DNA of 64,000 nucleotides from Chrysomallon squamiferum (Eukaryota; Animalia; Mollusca): contig CM022671.1 in assembly GCA_012295275.1 (NCBI GenBank), positions 4,154,001-4,218,000 on the forward strand, read 5' to 3'. The notes below the pieces were generated by a model, which was not told where the DNA came from, made no database searches, and saw only the letters and a program-made list of their open reading frames with translations. A program made the position numbers and the translations under genes. Positions 48,936-61,928 of this stretch are shown here, piece by piece; position 1 is the stretch's first letter; each line of letters begins with the position of its first letter.

Positions 48936-50953
48936 TATGTTTAAAGTTTGACCAAGTATTCATCCTTATTTATCTCCAAACTCTATAACAAGAACAAGAA
49001 CAAGAACAAAAACAAGAATAATAAAAAATAAAATAAAAATAAAATAAAAATAAAATAATAATCAAACAAAAGTGTACTTAATACTTTCTTCTTCAAACGT
49101 TTGATACGATGACTACTTATGACTACAGTTCTGTGCCTGTAAATTAATTGATTAACAAATTCAGTATTTACTTTGAACATGTCCCAACACTTCAATGTTT
49201 GTAAACCCCCCCACCCACACACACACATATATGCACTGACTAACAATGATAACAAGAAAACAAGGATGACATTTTAAAAAACATTCCAGCTTCATGCTCC
49301 TATAAAAGTGACCAGAAATTGGCAATTTTCCAACAAAGTGCATGCATGATAAAACAAACAACTATAAGTTTGCTGTGTCCGTAATAAAACAATGTAAGAG
49401 AGAAGACACATTATTATCTGTTAGGAATGTGTTAGATGTGTTAGAATGATTAACAGAATATGTTGGGATAAATTATAAGGTAATACACCTGAAGTTGTAA
49501 GTATGCATTCTACAATAAAATGATTCTGTATACAATACAAAATAAAAAATAATGAAAAATAAAAAAATAAAAATTATGATTGGAATATCTAAGAGATTAC
49601 AATGGTAAGAGTAAAAGAATTTGGTGTTGGAAAGCTAAAGGATATTTATAATAATAATAATAATTTAATAAATGAATATATAAATAAAAATCATCATCAT
49701 AATAATAACAATTTCAATAACAGTAACAATAATGATGATGATGATGATGATAATAATTTATAAATTTTAAATTATAAGACAGGTACAATACTATGGGGAA
49801 AAAAACCAACAACAAATAAATCTAGATTTATTGTAATTACTACTTAATTAAATCTGATTATGATGTAAATAACTCACATAAAACTGTAATGTGTTTTAAT
49901 ATGCTGTAACAAGGAACAATACTGAAATATTCCACATAACAACTTGTAAATCCAATATTTTAAATGATGAGTTGCTATGACTGATAATTTACACAAAGTG
50001 AATATGCTATAACACTCCTTAAAGAATTGATAACACACACACACAAACACCAAGAGAGACCAAAACACACACACAGACACATCCCACCCACACACACACA
50101 CAGACACTCATATGTATTTTTGAAATGGTATGTAATTTTGAGTTTACAGTTTCAACTGAAAAGAATCTGAACAGTTTGTGGATGTGTATGATTGATTAGT
50201 TTTATTTTCCTTGTGATCACAATCGTGACATTCTGAAGTAATTGTAACTGATTATTGCTGTCATGTGATTGCACCATGTTATATTATATTACATGCAACA
50301 TATATGCTCAAATCTTGAACTTTTTTTAAAGTATTTTTGTACTTTCTACTTATTTCAGTTTAAAAGAGAGCGAAAAAAAATAATGGTAAATTTGCTCCTA
50401 ATATGCATGTTTATATGCATGCAAACACACCACATTTACACACAAACATAGAAACACAAAAAAATATATAATTATAATGTAATATGGGGTACATGCAGTA
50501 TGACACTGAATAATGTAACATGGTACAGTGATAGTACAGTATAAGGGGGTTGTGAGTTTTAAAAAATAGCATTATATAGTATGTTATATAATAGAATAGT
50601 AAGCTGTTACAAAGCAAGGTGGTGTACATAAAGATAAATATGCAGGCAAGCAGGGCAGTATCAAGCTGGGATTTAAAAGTGGTGATATAAAGCATTAAGA
50701 TGGTCTTTTCTGAGAAAGTTTGCATTTCCACTGACAATATTGAAAATTACCTGCAGGAAGGACCAAGTTTTCATAACTGGTATTTGGAAAAACTAGGTTT
50801 TCATATGATTCAGGTCGCAATGCAGTGGCGATATTACTTCGATTTTGTTCAGCAACAAATATGGGAAGGTCTTCATAATGGGAAAAATGTTTCAGTGCAA
50901 ATGATATTTTAAAAACAAAAATCCATAAACCTTACTAGTTAAAAAATAATTGA

Positions 50954-51029
<76 letters not shown>

Positions 51030-54000
51030 TAAATTAAATAAAAAAAAAAAAATGTATATATATATATATATTTGACATTTTTTTTTTCAAGTTATCAAGA
51101 GAAAAATATTCAAGTATTTACATTTTTTATTTTTAACTGGGTTTAACTTTACAAATATTTGAATCATGCAGAAACACTAAATATAATGAAAGCAATATTT
51201 GAAATAATATATCTAACTATCTATTTTTTGTGTTTACAAAACAGCAATGGCTTAAGCTATGAGGTAAAAATAAATAAAGAAAGAACACCCCTAAGCCTAA
51301 TCAACAATTGGAAAAAGCTGCTCTGTCTAAAAAATACAGTTACTGTGGTGGCAAGAAATAGAATAAATACACGTCAATAATAGTTTTACTTATAGCTAAA
51401 CACCAACATTTACTGTTAATAAAATGTCTTTTGTATTATTTGATGATATCAGTATGTACATAGAAAAGAGAAAACTCAATTAATGGACAAGTAATAGTGT
51501 CATATTGCTGTGATACTTTTTTATTAGCAAACACTGGTATCTTGAAAAAAAAAAAAAAAAAAAAAAATTAAAAATTTAAAATGTATTTAGATTAATTGTT
51601 CTCAACACCACAGGTACACTTTTAAATTATTTAAAAATATGAAGCAGCATTTCCTGAATAGCTGACCTCTATGCTAAAATCTCTAAACTGACACAGAAGT
51701 ATAAGTAAGAAGCAATTTTGTAAGCTAAACTGTAACTTGTAAAATTTTAATGTTTTAAATTTTTTTTTTTAAATTAACAAGCTGATAATTTCATTATACT
51801 GAATGTAATGAGATAAAAAAAATAATAGCCTGTATTTTGGATTTAAATCACACTGATTTTAACTGATGCTGATGTTTTTTCCAATCAGCTCTTGTTAACT
51901 ACTAGTAACTTGATGAACTTTCTTCTTACACAAAAGTATAAATAAAATAAGCACTTAAAAATTAATTTTGACTTTCAATTTTCATTACTAATAAGATTAG
52001 TTTCTCAGTGATACACCTCGCAATTCAATGTTCTGATTTCAAAAAAAAAAAGAAAAAAAAAAATCTTTACCTTTTTTCTTGAAATCGACAGCACTGTAGT
52101 CCATTTGTTTTGCACTTTCCTGTGACGATGCTGACGCAGTCGATGCTGACGCAGTCGATGCTGGCACTGTCTTGCCATGCTCAACCTTGGAGTAGACATT
52201 ATCAGAAACATAAGCCGATGGTTGACTGGCTTTCACTGGTTGAGCTTGAATAATAACAGGTGAAACAGTGTTCACAAGGTGACCGCTCTTACTCACTGCC
52301 TGCGTAGTCGATGTTTTCACAGGCTGGGTTGGGTGTGACATTTTTGGCTTAACATCGTCCTTTTTGACGTTTACTGCGATTACAGTTTTGAACTTGGGTC
52401 CAGTATTTTGGGCCAGAACGTTTACATATGAATCTTTAGGGGCAGCAGTCACAGGCTTCTGAACCGAAGGAAGGGTAATCTGAACTCTAGGTTTTGCTTC
52501 TGGTGCAGTAGGTTTCTGTTCTGAACCTGCACTAGGTTTTGGTTTCAGGAAAGGTTTCTCGACAACCTTTTCAGCTTTTATCTCTGAACTCTCAGGCCTT
52601 GTAACTTCAACTTCAGTGTACAAATCCTCATCAGCGTCTGTGGATAAAATAAAAAACATAAGTAATATAGAAAAAAAAAATTTGTGTAGTAATGTCAATT
52701 GTTTCACAAAAAGTGAAAAAGTAAAAGTAAGTCTTATTAAGAACATAAATGTAAATATCTTCCTTTTTTTAAAAATAAATATTATTCTCTTTTGTTGAAG
52801 ATGTCTCATAAAAAGGAAAATGTAGATGTTAACATTATTAAAAACATAAAATACCATTTTTATGTAAATATCTTTTGTTTGTTAAATGATTATTAATAAT
52901 ATTGTTATGACATAAAGACATTATATTCTGTATATATCAAGTTAACTATATTTTCTAATTAAAATTAAACAATTTGTTTTTAAAGGGAGAAAATTTATGA
53001 TAAAAAATACTTACTTGGTTTACCTGTAATAACTGTATTAACATAAGGCTGGAAAAAATAAAATAAAATAAAAAGATAACAACAACAGCAAAATCTGATT
53101 ATGATGATGATGGTGGTAACAAAATAAAACAAAACTACAACAACCACAACTAAAAATGGAATTAAACTTTAAAGCATTAAATAAATTGGGTAGATATATA
53201 TAAAAATGGATCAGTAATTATAACAAATACCCCTTTATCCAAAAATCTAAATATTTTAACTAAACATTTTTTTACAAAATAAAATAAAAGCATGATTACA
53301 AACACAAATGGAATAATAAAAAGATAATTGATGTGTCCCAGCAAATAATTTATTACAAAATTTGTAATTGATTTTAATGTACTGACATAATTCAGAATTA
53401 AAATACAAGTTCGACTATTCACAATAAGGCTACATATTTCAACAAGTTAGTGTCGAGAATATCAAAATTTGCTTACATCTTCGTAGTTGATGTTGACATA
53501 CTCTGCCTCACTGTCTTTAAGCATTTCTTCACACAAATCTTTAACCACCAGATGTACCAACTCATACTGGTCCTTGTAAAACAAAGATATTTACAACAAG
53601 TAAAATATACTGATAGCACAACTTTGAGTTTTCAACTTCAGAGAAAAAGTTTAATATTTTGAAGTGTTCTATAGACACATGCTCTCTACCTATTAAGACT
53701 ATTCTTGGCTTTATTGTGGATTACAGTATCATCTTAATTATATACTTCAGATAATCTAACAAGTGTATTCTGCAGTTGGCAATTTGGACTGATATTTTCA
53801 AAATTATCAATTTTTTTGGACATACCAGGCTTTTCTTTTATAAAAGTATCTCTTTCTTAAATTAAATTATTAATGTTTCTTTAATAAAATGGGACATTAC
53901 ACAGAAAAATTTGACCAAAGACACAAACAACTATTTTGGGCTATAGCCCATCAAAATAATTTCTAAGTTTTATGATCAATTAAAAAAAAAAAAAAGTTTT

Positions 54001-57000
54001 AATATTTTGCACTTTAGCCTGGTTTTCTTATGTAGCAATACAAATCTAGATTAATATTATCAGTTCTTATATTTCTGTTATAACAGTAAAAGATAAAAGG
54101 AAAAAATATGATACTAGTAAATATATGTCTCTGACCATGAATTGTAAACAGAGATTAATGCTTGATAAAAAAAAAATATTCTTGTTTGATATGTAACAAT
54201 TATCTAAGATTACAATTTAAAATGTATATATGATATACTATTAATTTTAAATACAAACAATAACTATGACTTACAGGAGTCTGTACCATAGACTGTCTCT
54301 GCTCCCTAATGTCCTTGATAATATCAAACAGATTGAAACCATCAGATATCCTCTGGTGTAAAAAAAAAATATAATAATAATAATAATAAAATAATAATGA
54401 TAATGATGATGATAATAACAATAACAATAATAATAATAATAATAAAACATAACAAAACATAACATTTATTAACAACATAAAATAAAATATTAACAATTAA
54501 AGGTTCTTTTAATATGATTTCTGGCAATTCTTTATACCTAAAATACATTTTAATTGTTTGGAGTTAATAAATGAAAATTCACATGATCATGATAATGTTC
54601 TATAAACCAAATAAAATTAAAGAGAAAGATAAATCCATATTAACATTAGTTTTTGAAAAATTATGCTGCTCTGGTATCAATTATATTCCAACAGACTGTA
54701 AAACATGTATTTTGTTAAATGAATGTTCTGGGTAGGTTGATGAAGGGGAACAGTTTAGAAGACAAGACATTAGATTATTTTGAGAATGTGACACATTAAC
54801 ACACCCCTGTAAAGTAGTAAATTCCACACATAATCTACAGCACAGATAGTTCCAGTCCTGCCACATCCAGCACTGAAAGTAAATAAAATCTTTACATATT
54901 TAAAACTGCATTTTCAGTTTCTAATCCTTGCTTTTATTAACATTACCATTATTTAAAGTGATTTTTAAATTCTATTACTCTTGTTATATTTAATAAAATA
55001 AATATAAGTTTTTCATGGTATTAGCTGTTATTAAATTACATTACATAAAATCAGGTCTTTTGAAATTATTTCTTAGATTTTATTGTTACCTTAAAGAAAA
55101 CTTTTCTGATATCTTTTATCTTGATATAATCAAACTCTATCTTGTAATAATCTTTATTTGTACTTTCTTTATTAAAAACATATATTTATAAACCTTTATA
55201 GCTATTACTAGAACAACTAGTGCTATTATCTCTACTACAACAGTTACTATTGTTACTGCTACTACTACTACTGCTACTATCCCACTACTACTATTATTAT
55301 TACTACTATGCTACTACTTCTGCTGCTGCTACTACTACAAACCATCAACACCACCACTATTATAATTACATTTTATTATTTTTGTTGTAATTATCATTAT
55401 AAAATAATGTTAACAAGTAGCTTACCTGCAATGAATAACCAAAGGTGTATCGTCAGATGATCTGGCTTCTCTCATTTTGCCGATGATCATTCGAATCTCT
55501 GATGGTGTTCGAGGTATGCCATGGTCAGCCCAGCCCAAATACTGAAATTGTGTCACGTGATGAACCTTCCCGTCACACTCAGCTGTTAATACTCGTTTTA
55601 TGAAGTCTCGAGCTATCTCATTTTCAGACACCTAGAAGAAAAAAACAAAAAAACAAAAAAAAAACAATAGATAATAATAATAAATAAATTGAAATGAATT
55701 GAAATAAAATAAAATAAACAAACAAAATTAAATTATATAAATAATTGTATAAATAAATATAAATAAATTGAAATGAAATAAAATAAAATAAACAAACAAA
55801 ATTAAATTATATAAATAATTGTATAAATAAATATAAATAAGTGCAAATAAATAAATATATAGATATTAATAAATACACATATAAATAACTAAAATCTAAA
55901 CATTTGTGGAAAAAAAAAAAAAATTAGTAAAATTATACTTCAGTATTGAAACATTTTTCAAATAATACATAAAAATTAACATTATGAGATGGAGTGTAAT
56001 GTCAGAAAGTGAAACTGTTTCCAGAAACTGTGTTGTTGTATTTTCCATGAGATAATAATAAACAAGAATATACATTAATTACATATATATTTTATATAAA
56101 GTAAATACACTAGCTGACATAACAACTTACCAGTTTAACTGTAATATTTCCATATTCTTGAGTCTGACCAACATCTGGCCAGTACTTTTCACATTTGCGC
56201 TGAAATAATTAAAAAACCAATTAACTATCTTAATTTAAATGCTTTCTTAATATAATTTTCCACCATTATCTTTTAATATCTGATTTCTGGGTTTTATAAA
56301 TATCTTTCACATTTAGAGCATGAAGCAAAAGATAACATTTTTATTCCATTTTTATTAAAAGTTTGGATAATTATATAGTTACCAAAATACATATTATTTA
56401 TATATATTTAGTTAAACTTTCTCATTAACATTTTTGTTTTTGTTTCAGATGTTGTGTATCTTCACCTTTCCATCTTCCTGGACCAAGCATGCCATAAAGA
56501 CGATTTCTATGTTGTACTGCAACAACATTCGCCAGAAATCATGGATAGTGTTCGGAAGAGGTCCTTGAGCTGCAATATATCCTTTCTTTCCATGGATATC
56601 CTTTTTTGCAAAAATATTAAATAAATTAAAATGTTTTAAAAGATTAAAAAATTAATTATAAGATATGCTTAAAAATAAATAAATAAATAAATAAAAAATA
56701 AAAAAATTATTGAAATAATTGCAATATTATTAAAACGAAATCACACAAAACTGACAAAAAAACACCCCACCCCAATAACCATGACATAATTCTAATAAAA
56801 AAATAAATAAAAAATAACAAATAAATAGCTAAAATTAAAAGAAAATCAGCATCATAACAACTGTAAATAACAACAACAATAAGCAAATAAATAAATAAAT
56901 AAAACAATGAAAATCTGAATGAATGTTATAAAAAGTACATCAAATATTAATAATAAGAAGAAAATAAAATTTAAAAAATTAATTTTGAAAATAATACAAC

Positions 57001-58984
57001 AACAAAAACAATAAATATTTTTTAAAAATTAAATTAACATTTAAAAAAGTTAATAATTTGATACAAATACACTAACAACTCAAACAGTATTAAATAACAG
57101 TAATATTTACAAACATAAATATTATGAAACAATGAAAGTTACCTTGATAAAACTTGCATTGATATAATCTGAATCTTCAACACCATCAATAGGTGACAGG
57201 ATCACCCGACTTGCATCAACTGAAAAAAAAAAAATATATATATATAAATATTTTTTATTTCAAAAGCTTTATTCACAAATTTTCTTATCTAACAACTGCA
57301 GATAGTAATGCTGGATCAAGATCACTAATTCACCAGAAAACCAAACGTATGAATATAACCATGTACCAAATATTATTTAAAAAAAAAAAAACTCCTTTGT
57401 TGTTAACAATATTGGTAAATTTCTAATTAATTTTTTTAAAATCACAGCATGATAATCAAATATCTAATTAACTTCGTAATCACAAACCCTGTTGTGACAA
57501 ACTCCATAATTAACAAAAGAGTATGTTTTTTTTAATAAGTCAAAATATTTATCATTTAAATTACTGCCCTAGAGATAAACTACAATACTGCAGTAATTAA
57601 CAAAACAAACACGTTTACAAAACACTGCATTAGTGTTTCTTTTAAATTCAATATTTGGGGATTTATCCAACATTGGTGCCCATTTTTCATAAATGCTTGG
57701 ACTTTTATTCTTCATCCATATATATTTTTTTATATTGATATGAAAGATCATTTTACATATAATTCAAATTTTTATTTACATGGAATTATATCTTTGAATC
57801 TGTTTTTCTTGATGTTTACACTTTTCTTGCCAGCTTCTGCTAGAAAATGTCCTCCTTCTTTATTTGCTTTTTGAAGTTCTCTTAATTTCTACAAAATAAT
57901 AATAATAACAATAATAATAATAAATAACAATAAAAAAAATAAAAAATAAAAAAAATATAAAGAAAGTAACCAAGTAAGTAAGTAAATAAATAAAAATAAA
58001 TTCATTATTTTGGGAAAACTAGATTATGTCAAAATTAAATAAACAAGTCTTATAAATAAAATGAATGACCATTTATTAAACAATATTTCCCAGTATTTTA
58101 ATTCTGGTAAATATTTTAATCTATATGCATATTTTTAATATTATTAATAATTATCATTAAATATGAAAAATATGGTCATTAATATTTTATAAAATATGTC
58201 TAATTCTGAATAATATTAATAACTTTAATTTACAGCCTATATTATTGTTAAAATATGCCTGGCATTTAGTATTATTAATAAGTGTAATAGTTATGAAACA
58301 CAGAGACATTAACATTTAACCAAGAATGTCAGATATTTAACATAACTAATAACTGTAACATTTACTAGATATATAATAGTAGTCTATTTTAATATATTAT
58401 TAAATATATCTGCCATTTATTGATTTAATATTAATAAAGGACCAAAATTTGTATTTGTATTTAAATAACTCAATAAGGAAACTGAAAAACAAACTACTTT
58501 CCTTTGACTAAGTCAGTATTGAGTCCTATGTATATATATTTTAAAACCTTATCATTAACATCATCAACATCATCATCATCATTATTATTATTATTTACTT
58601 TCTACTTTTATTTTTTTATTAAAAATAATAAAAAAAAAAAAAAAAAAAAAAAAACAATTATATAACAATCACAATGTTACCGCTAACTTCCGTGATGTGG
58701 CATTTGTGGGAACTTTTTAATTCTTATTGGAAAGAAAATTATTATTATTATTATTATTATTATTATTTCTGGCGCAACAAATTTATATTTGTACGACGAA
58801 ACCGTTAGCTACCAAGTAGCAAATCTATCTAGGTTACGTCTGCTACAGCATTTGACTTTACAAATTTACTTGTACCAACCATAAACTCGCGCCAGTACCC
58901 ATTTCCTCCAGTATCATCTTCTGCATTTAGATCATCAACAAGCTTAATAAATTGTTTCAAACAATCTTCAAAAGTTTCTGCCAT
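45115..58984 (-). CDS. PTPN12: Non-receptor protein tyrosine phosphatase, PTP-PEST family (PTPN12/18/22-like), spliced CDS of about 774 aa
   Basis: 18 exons in continuous frame. Motifs KNRFKDIIPFD, DYINAS, YIAAQGP, DFWRM, KCEKYWP, WADHG, VIHCSAGCGRTG, QTPDQY. The C-terminal GFPKRLAKPRGERPMPQSW matches the PEST-family CTH motif. The symbol marks the closest family member; the gene is probably co-orthologous to PTPN12/18/22. Confidence 0.92.
45681..45743 (-). CDS. PTPN12: PTP exon 17
   Basis: TTTTAG|(D)IPYSNKGTLSHVKCFESSDI g|GTGAGA. Confidence 0.78.
46070..46079 (-). CDS. PTPN12: PTP exon 16, 10-nt microexon (SAR+g)
   Basis: TTTTAG|AGTGCAAGAG|GTAAGA; needed to convert phase 0 to phase 1. Confidence 0.7.
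46567..46994 (-). CDS. PTPN12: PTP exon 15 with QPVQVKS repeats
   Basis: CTTCAG|(E)ICSPLPTSGVQVMNVQ...RKSQYDNVAIQSGPKKGFVQTLL|GTACGT; 428 nt open. Confidence 0.85.
47544..47589 (-). CDS. PTPN12: PTP exon 14 with PxxPxR SH3-ligand-like motif
   Basis: TTTTAG|EGDAPAIPDRKYNPQ g|GTTTGT, phase 0 to 1, complementing exon 13. Confidence 0.75.
47966..48009 (-). CDS. PTPN12: PTP exon 13
   Basis: TTTTAG|(A)NLKSAAPVSATNLE|GTTGGT, phase 1 to 0. Confidence 0.72.
50751..50870 (-). CDS. PTPN12: PTP exon 12 (120 nt, symmetric phase 1-1) with duplicated SYENLV
   Basis: (D)LPIFVAEQNRSNIATALRPESYENLVFPNTSYENLVLPA g|GTAATT; acceptor ATGAAG, exact start uncertain. Confidence 0.7.
52071..52637 (-). CDS. PTPN12: PTP exon 11, long Pro/Ser/Thr/Lys-rich tail exon
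   Basis: 567 nt open, CCACAG|...KKK g|GTAAAG; DADEDLYTEVEV...KPFLKPKP...MDYSAVDFKKK. Confidence 0.9.
53015..53048 (-). CDS. PTPN12: PTP exon 10, small exon with two in-frame donors (ends at 53024 or 53015)
   Basis: TTCCAG|PYVNTVIT g|GTAAAC or PYVNTVITGKP a|GTAAGT; supplies the required phase 0 to phase 1 shift. Confidence 0.8.
53477..53572 (-). CDS. PTPN12: PTP exon 9 (end of catalytic domain)
   Basis: DQYELVHLVVKDLCEEMLKDSEAEYVNINYED|GTAAGC. Confidence 0.92.
54275..54352 (-). CDS. PTPN12: PTP exon 8 (Q-loop)
   Basis: CACCAG|RISDGFNLFDIIKDIREQRQSMVQTP|GTAAGT. Confidence 0.93.
54803..54872 (-). CDS. PTPN12: PTP exon 7 (P-loop); 3' boundary uncertain
   Basis: (S)AGCGRTGTICAVDYVWNLLL...; the in-frame donor is a weak GTGTTA (see findings). 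Confidence 0.85.
55426..55631 (-). CDS. PTPN12: PTP exon 6 (general-acid loop, start of P-loop)
   Basis: VSENEIARDFIKR...QFQYLGWADHGIP...PLVIHC|GTAAGC. Confidence 0.95.
55682..55840. repeat. About 75-bp AT-rich tandem duplication x2
   Basis: AAATAAATTGAAATGAA...AAACAAACAAAATTAAATTATATAAATAATTGTATAAATAAATAT repeated. Confidence 0.85.
56131..56199 (-). CDS. PTPN12: PTP exon 5
   Basis: TTTCAG|RKCEKYWPDVGQTQEYGNITVKL|GTAAGT. Confidence 0.94.
56466..56600 (-). CDS. PTPN12: PTP exon 4
   Basis: DIHGKKGYIAAQGPLPNTIHDFWRMLLQYNIEIVFMACLVQEDGK|GTGAAG; atypical A-rich acceptor TGCAAAAAAG. Confidence 0.93.
57143..57219 (-). CDS. PTPN12: PTP exon 3
   Basis: (F)DASRVILSPIDGVEDSDYINASFIK|GTAACT. Confidence 0.95.
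57780..57888 (-). CDS. PTPN12: PTP exon 2 (pTyr-recognition loop)
   Basis: TTGTAG|KLRELQKANKEGGHFLAEAGKKSVNIKKNRFKDIIP|GTAAAT. Confidence 0.93.
58880..58984 (-). CDS. PTPN12: PTP exon 1
   Basis: MAETFEDCLKQFIKLVDDLNAEDDTGGNGYWREFM|GTTGGT; ends in EFM, like the DFM before RLRRLS in PTP-PEST. Confidence 0.88.
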
Positions 58985-59062
58985 GATTGTTTTATTTAAA
59001 CGTCTAAAATCAACAACATTTTCACATGTGCGCCCGTCTCCACCTTGTCAAATGCACACCAA

Positions 59063-59100
59063 CAAGGAAGTACTTTCTCGTGAAAGACTGGTCACGTGAT
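59063..59100. promoter_or_regulatory. Putative PTP promoter elements: ETS-like AGGAAGT and E-box GTCACGTGA (USF/MiT-TFE type)
   Basis: CAAGGAAGTA at 59063-59072 and GTCACGTGAT at 59091-59100, about 80-115 nt upstream of the ATG in a CpG-retaining patch. Confidence 0.4.
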
Positions 59101-59175
59101 TTAATTGACTGGACGAGGACTTGTGTTGTCTTGCGCCTGGATTAATAGATGTATCATTATATGTACAAATATATA

Positions 59176-59227
<52 letters not shown>

Positions 59228-59451
59228 TTCTTTCACTAAGCATATTTATAGTACTGCATAACGTTACTAACGAAAACATATGAAAGGATTAGCTTTTTAT
59301 TTTTTAATCTCATGATAATGTACCCCGGTCTTTTTTTCACGTCGGTTTTTCTTCTATTGTCTTTTAATCATAATAAATACACATATAAAAGTATTATATT
59401 ACATTGTGGATGATAATAAATTCATAAATTTTCTAGTAAAATTAGGATTTA

Positions 59452-59486
<35 letters not shown>

Positions 59487-61928
59487 AATAAATAAAAAAT
59501 AAAAAATAAATAAAATAAAATAAAAAAAATAAAATAAAAAATAAATAAATAAAATAATAATTTTTTTCAAAAGTAAATACAAAAAAGTTTTTAAATATTA
59601 GAAAATATTTTTTGTATACAAACAATATTTTAATAACAGATGACTAGAAAAATCTAATTTATGTTTAAGTATATAACACTTTCATTAATATTAATTTAAT
59701 ACGATTAAGATTAAAACGACACGACTGTAATTATGATCATGTGGCTTTTAAATACATCTAAATAACTTCCTCTTTCGGTAAATCGACGACTATTATTTTC
59801 ACTGTTGCGTCAACGGAAGCCATTGTGAGGAACGTTATAAGGTTATAAATGTCGTGTGTGAATCGTTTTGTTTGCATGTTTACTTTAAGACCGGAGCTCC
59901 ATTAAGTATTTCTCGTCCCAGAAAGTCCCCAGTTTATGGTATATCAAACGCTTTATTCAGTTTTTCCCCTGCAGTGAAAAATATGATTATAATAAATTGT
60001 ATGGATGGTTTCTTCTCATGATAACAAAACCGATGATGATGATGCTATTATTAGTATTACGATTAGTAGCAGTAGTAATAGTAGAAAAGAAGAAAGAGAA
60101 GAAAAAAGGATTGTTTTTGTTTGGTACCTATATTTAATGACTTATTAATTTTAAGGTACTAAATACTTCTATTAAAAAAAGTACACTTAAAAAGTATCAT
60201 AATTATTATTACTATCATATTATCATTATCATTATTATGTTATAAAAATGGTTTTGTAAAAAACAAAAAACGAAAACAACAGCAATTTCAGTAAATCAGT
60301 TTTGATCATCATAATAATTTTTATAATATCCATTTAAACTTAATGTACTATTGATAATGCTATTTTTATCTGTTATAAAGATGAGTAAAGTTTTATCAAG
60401 GCTTTCAGTTTACACAAAGATTAAATTACTGAATATCATGTAGATTACAGGTCAGTTACTTCCCTTTAAAACATGAACGCTATCACAGTTTAATAAAAGT
60501 ATTGTCCTAGCAGATAAAGAGAATTATTAATAACAACAAGTACTGATTCAAAAATGTTTTACCGAGTAACAGGCTGAATGGGATGAACAATTATTAACCC
60601 ATTTGCTGGTAAATTTGGGCAAAACGCTAAGGTTTACTTTCCAACGCCATGTATTTTTTTGGAAAATGACCTATTTTAACTATTACGTATCAAATGCACA
60701 ATAAATTAAATAATATACAAATGATGCTATTTCAAGCGCAGTACCATCTAGCAAGTGAAATATCAGGTCTTAGTTTAAGACAAAGTGTTTTGTTGAGAAG
60801 TCTTAGCTACTGAGTTCTAGCTTGTGACACCAAAAGTGTAAAAAATGGTTGATAACAATGATACAAAGAATTCATTAGTCTGTGAAAATAAAACTAAATC
60901 ATATGTAACAATAACAGACATAACAATACACAATAAAGTCTGGCACACACATGCATACATATGTGCATACAAACATATATATATATCATCCCCCCCACAC
61001 ATGGATACTTAAATGCATGAATACATACATTCATACATATATACATCACACAAATATACTTACATATACATACAAATCTACTGATGCAGACACATACAAA
61101 CAACAACACTTTCTATATAAAAACATACTATTTACTTTTCCAAAAATATAAAATTCATGCTCACTCAATAAACACACATTCACACACCTGCACAAAAGAT
61201 ATGACTCACAACTGTGCCTATATAAACTTATACACATACTTTTACAAAGATATGTTTACCAAAAAAAAACATAGATAGTTACTTCATTTAAACCACACTT
61301 CCTGTTTTAAAAACTGTACATAATGAAGTTCAGGTTTTATTAATGTTTTTATCACCCCAAGTTTTTACTTCCTCATCAGTATTATTGTCAGCTAATCACA
61401 GTGAAACTAGATTATCCATAACATATTGTGTGATCTGCACGCAACATTCAAACCTTAGGGGCAGATTTAGTGGATATGTATTTTTTTATAGTGGGGGTTG
61501 TTTAAAAAAAAAAAAACAGATACTGAAGATTATTTCAGTAGAAAATGGAACACTCCAAAAATTATCTTTGTGTGTCTTTTGGTGAATATAATTTTCTTTT
61601 TTTTGGTTCCAAATAAATAAACAAATAAATAAAATATAATAAATATATGTATACATATATATACATATATATAAAATAAGTAAATAAATAAATTTAAAAA
61701 GTATTTTATGCACGTATAAATTTCTATAAGGAAGCCTTTTTAAAATAATCTTTTATGGTTGTAGCATTCAAAGGAAGGCCCAGATAATGTTGACCCTAAA
61801 ACAGTTTTGATTATGTTAACTTTTAACTGAAGACTGGTAAATGATTTATTCAATGGTCAAGGTATAAAATATGTGGTGTGTGATGCCACTTACTGGCTGA
61901 ATGTTTCAAATTATTTATTATCTAATAA

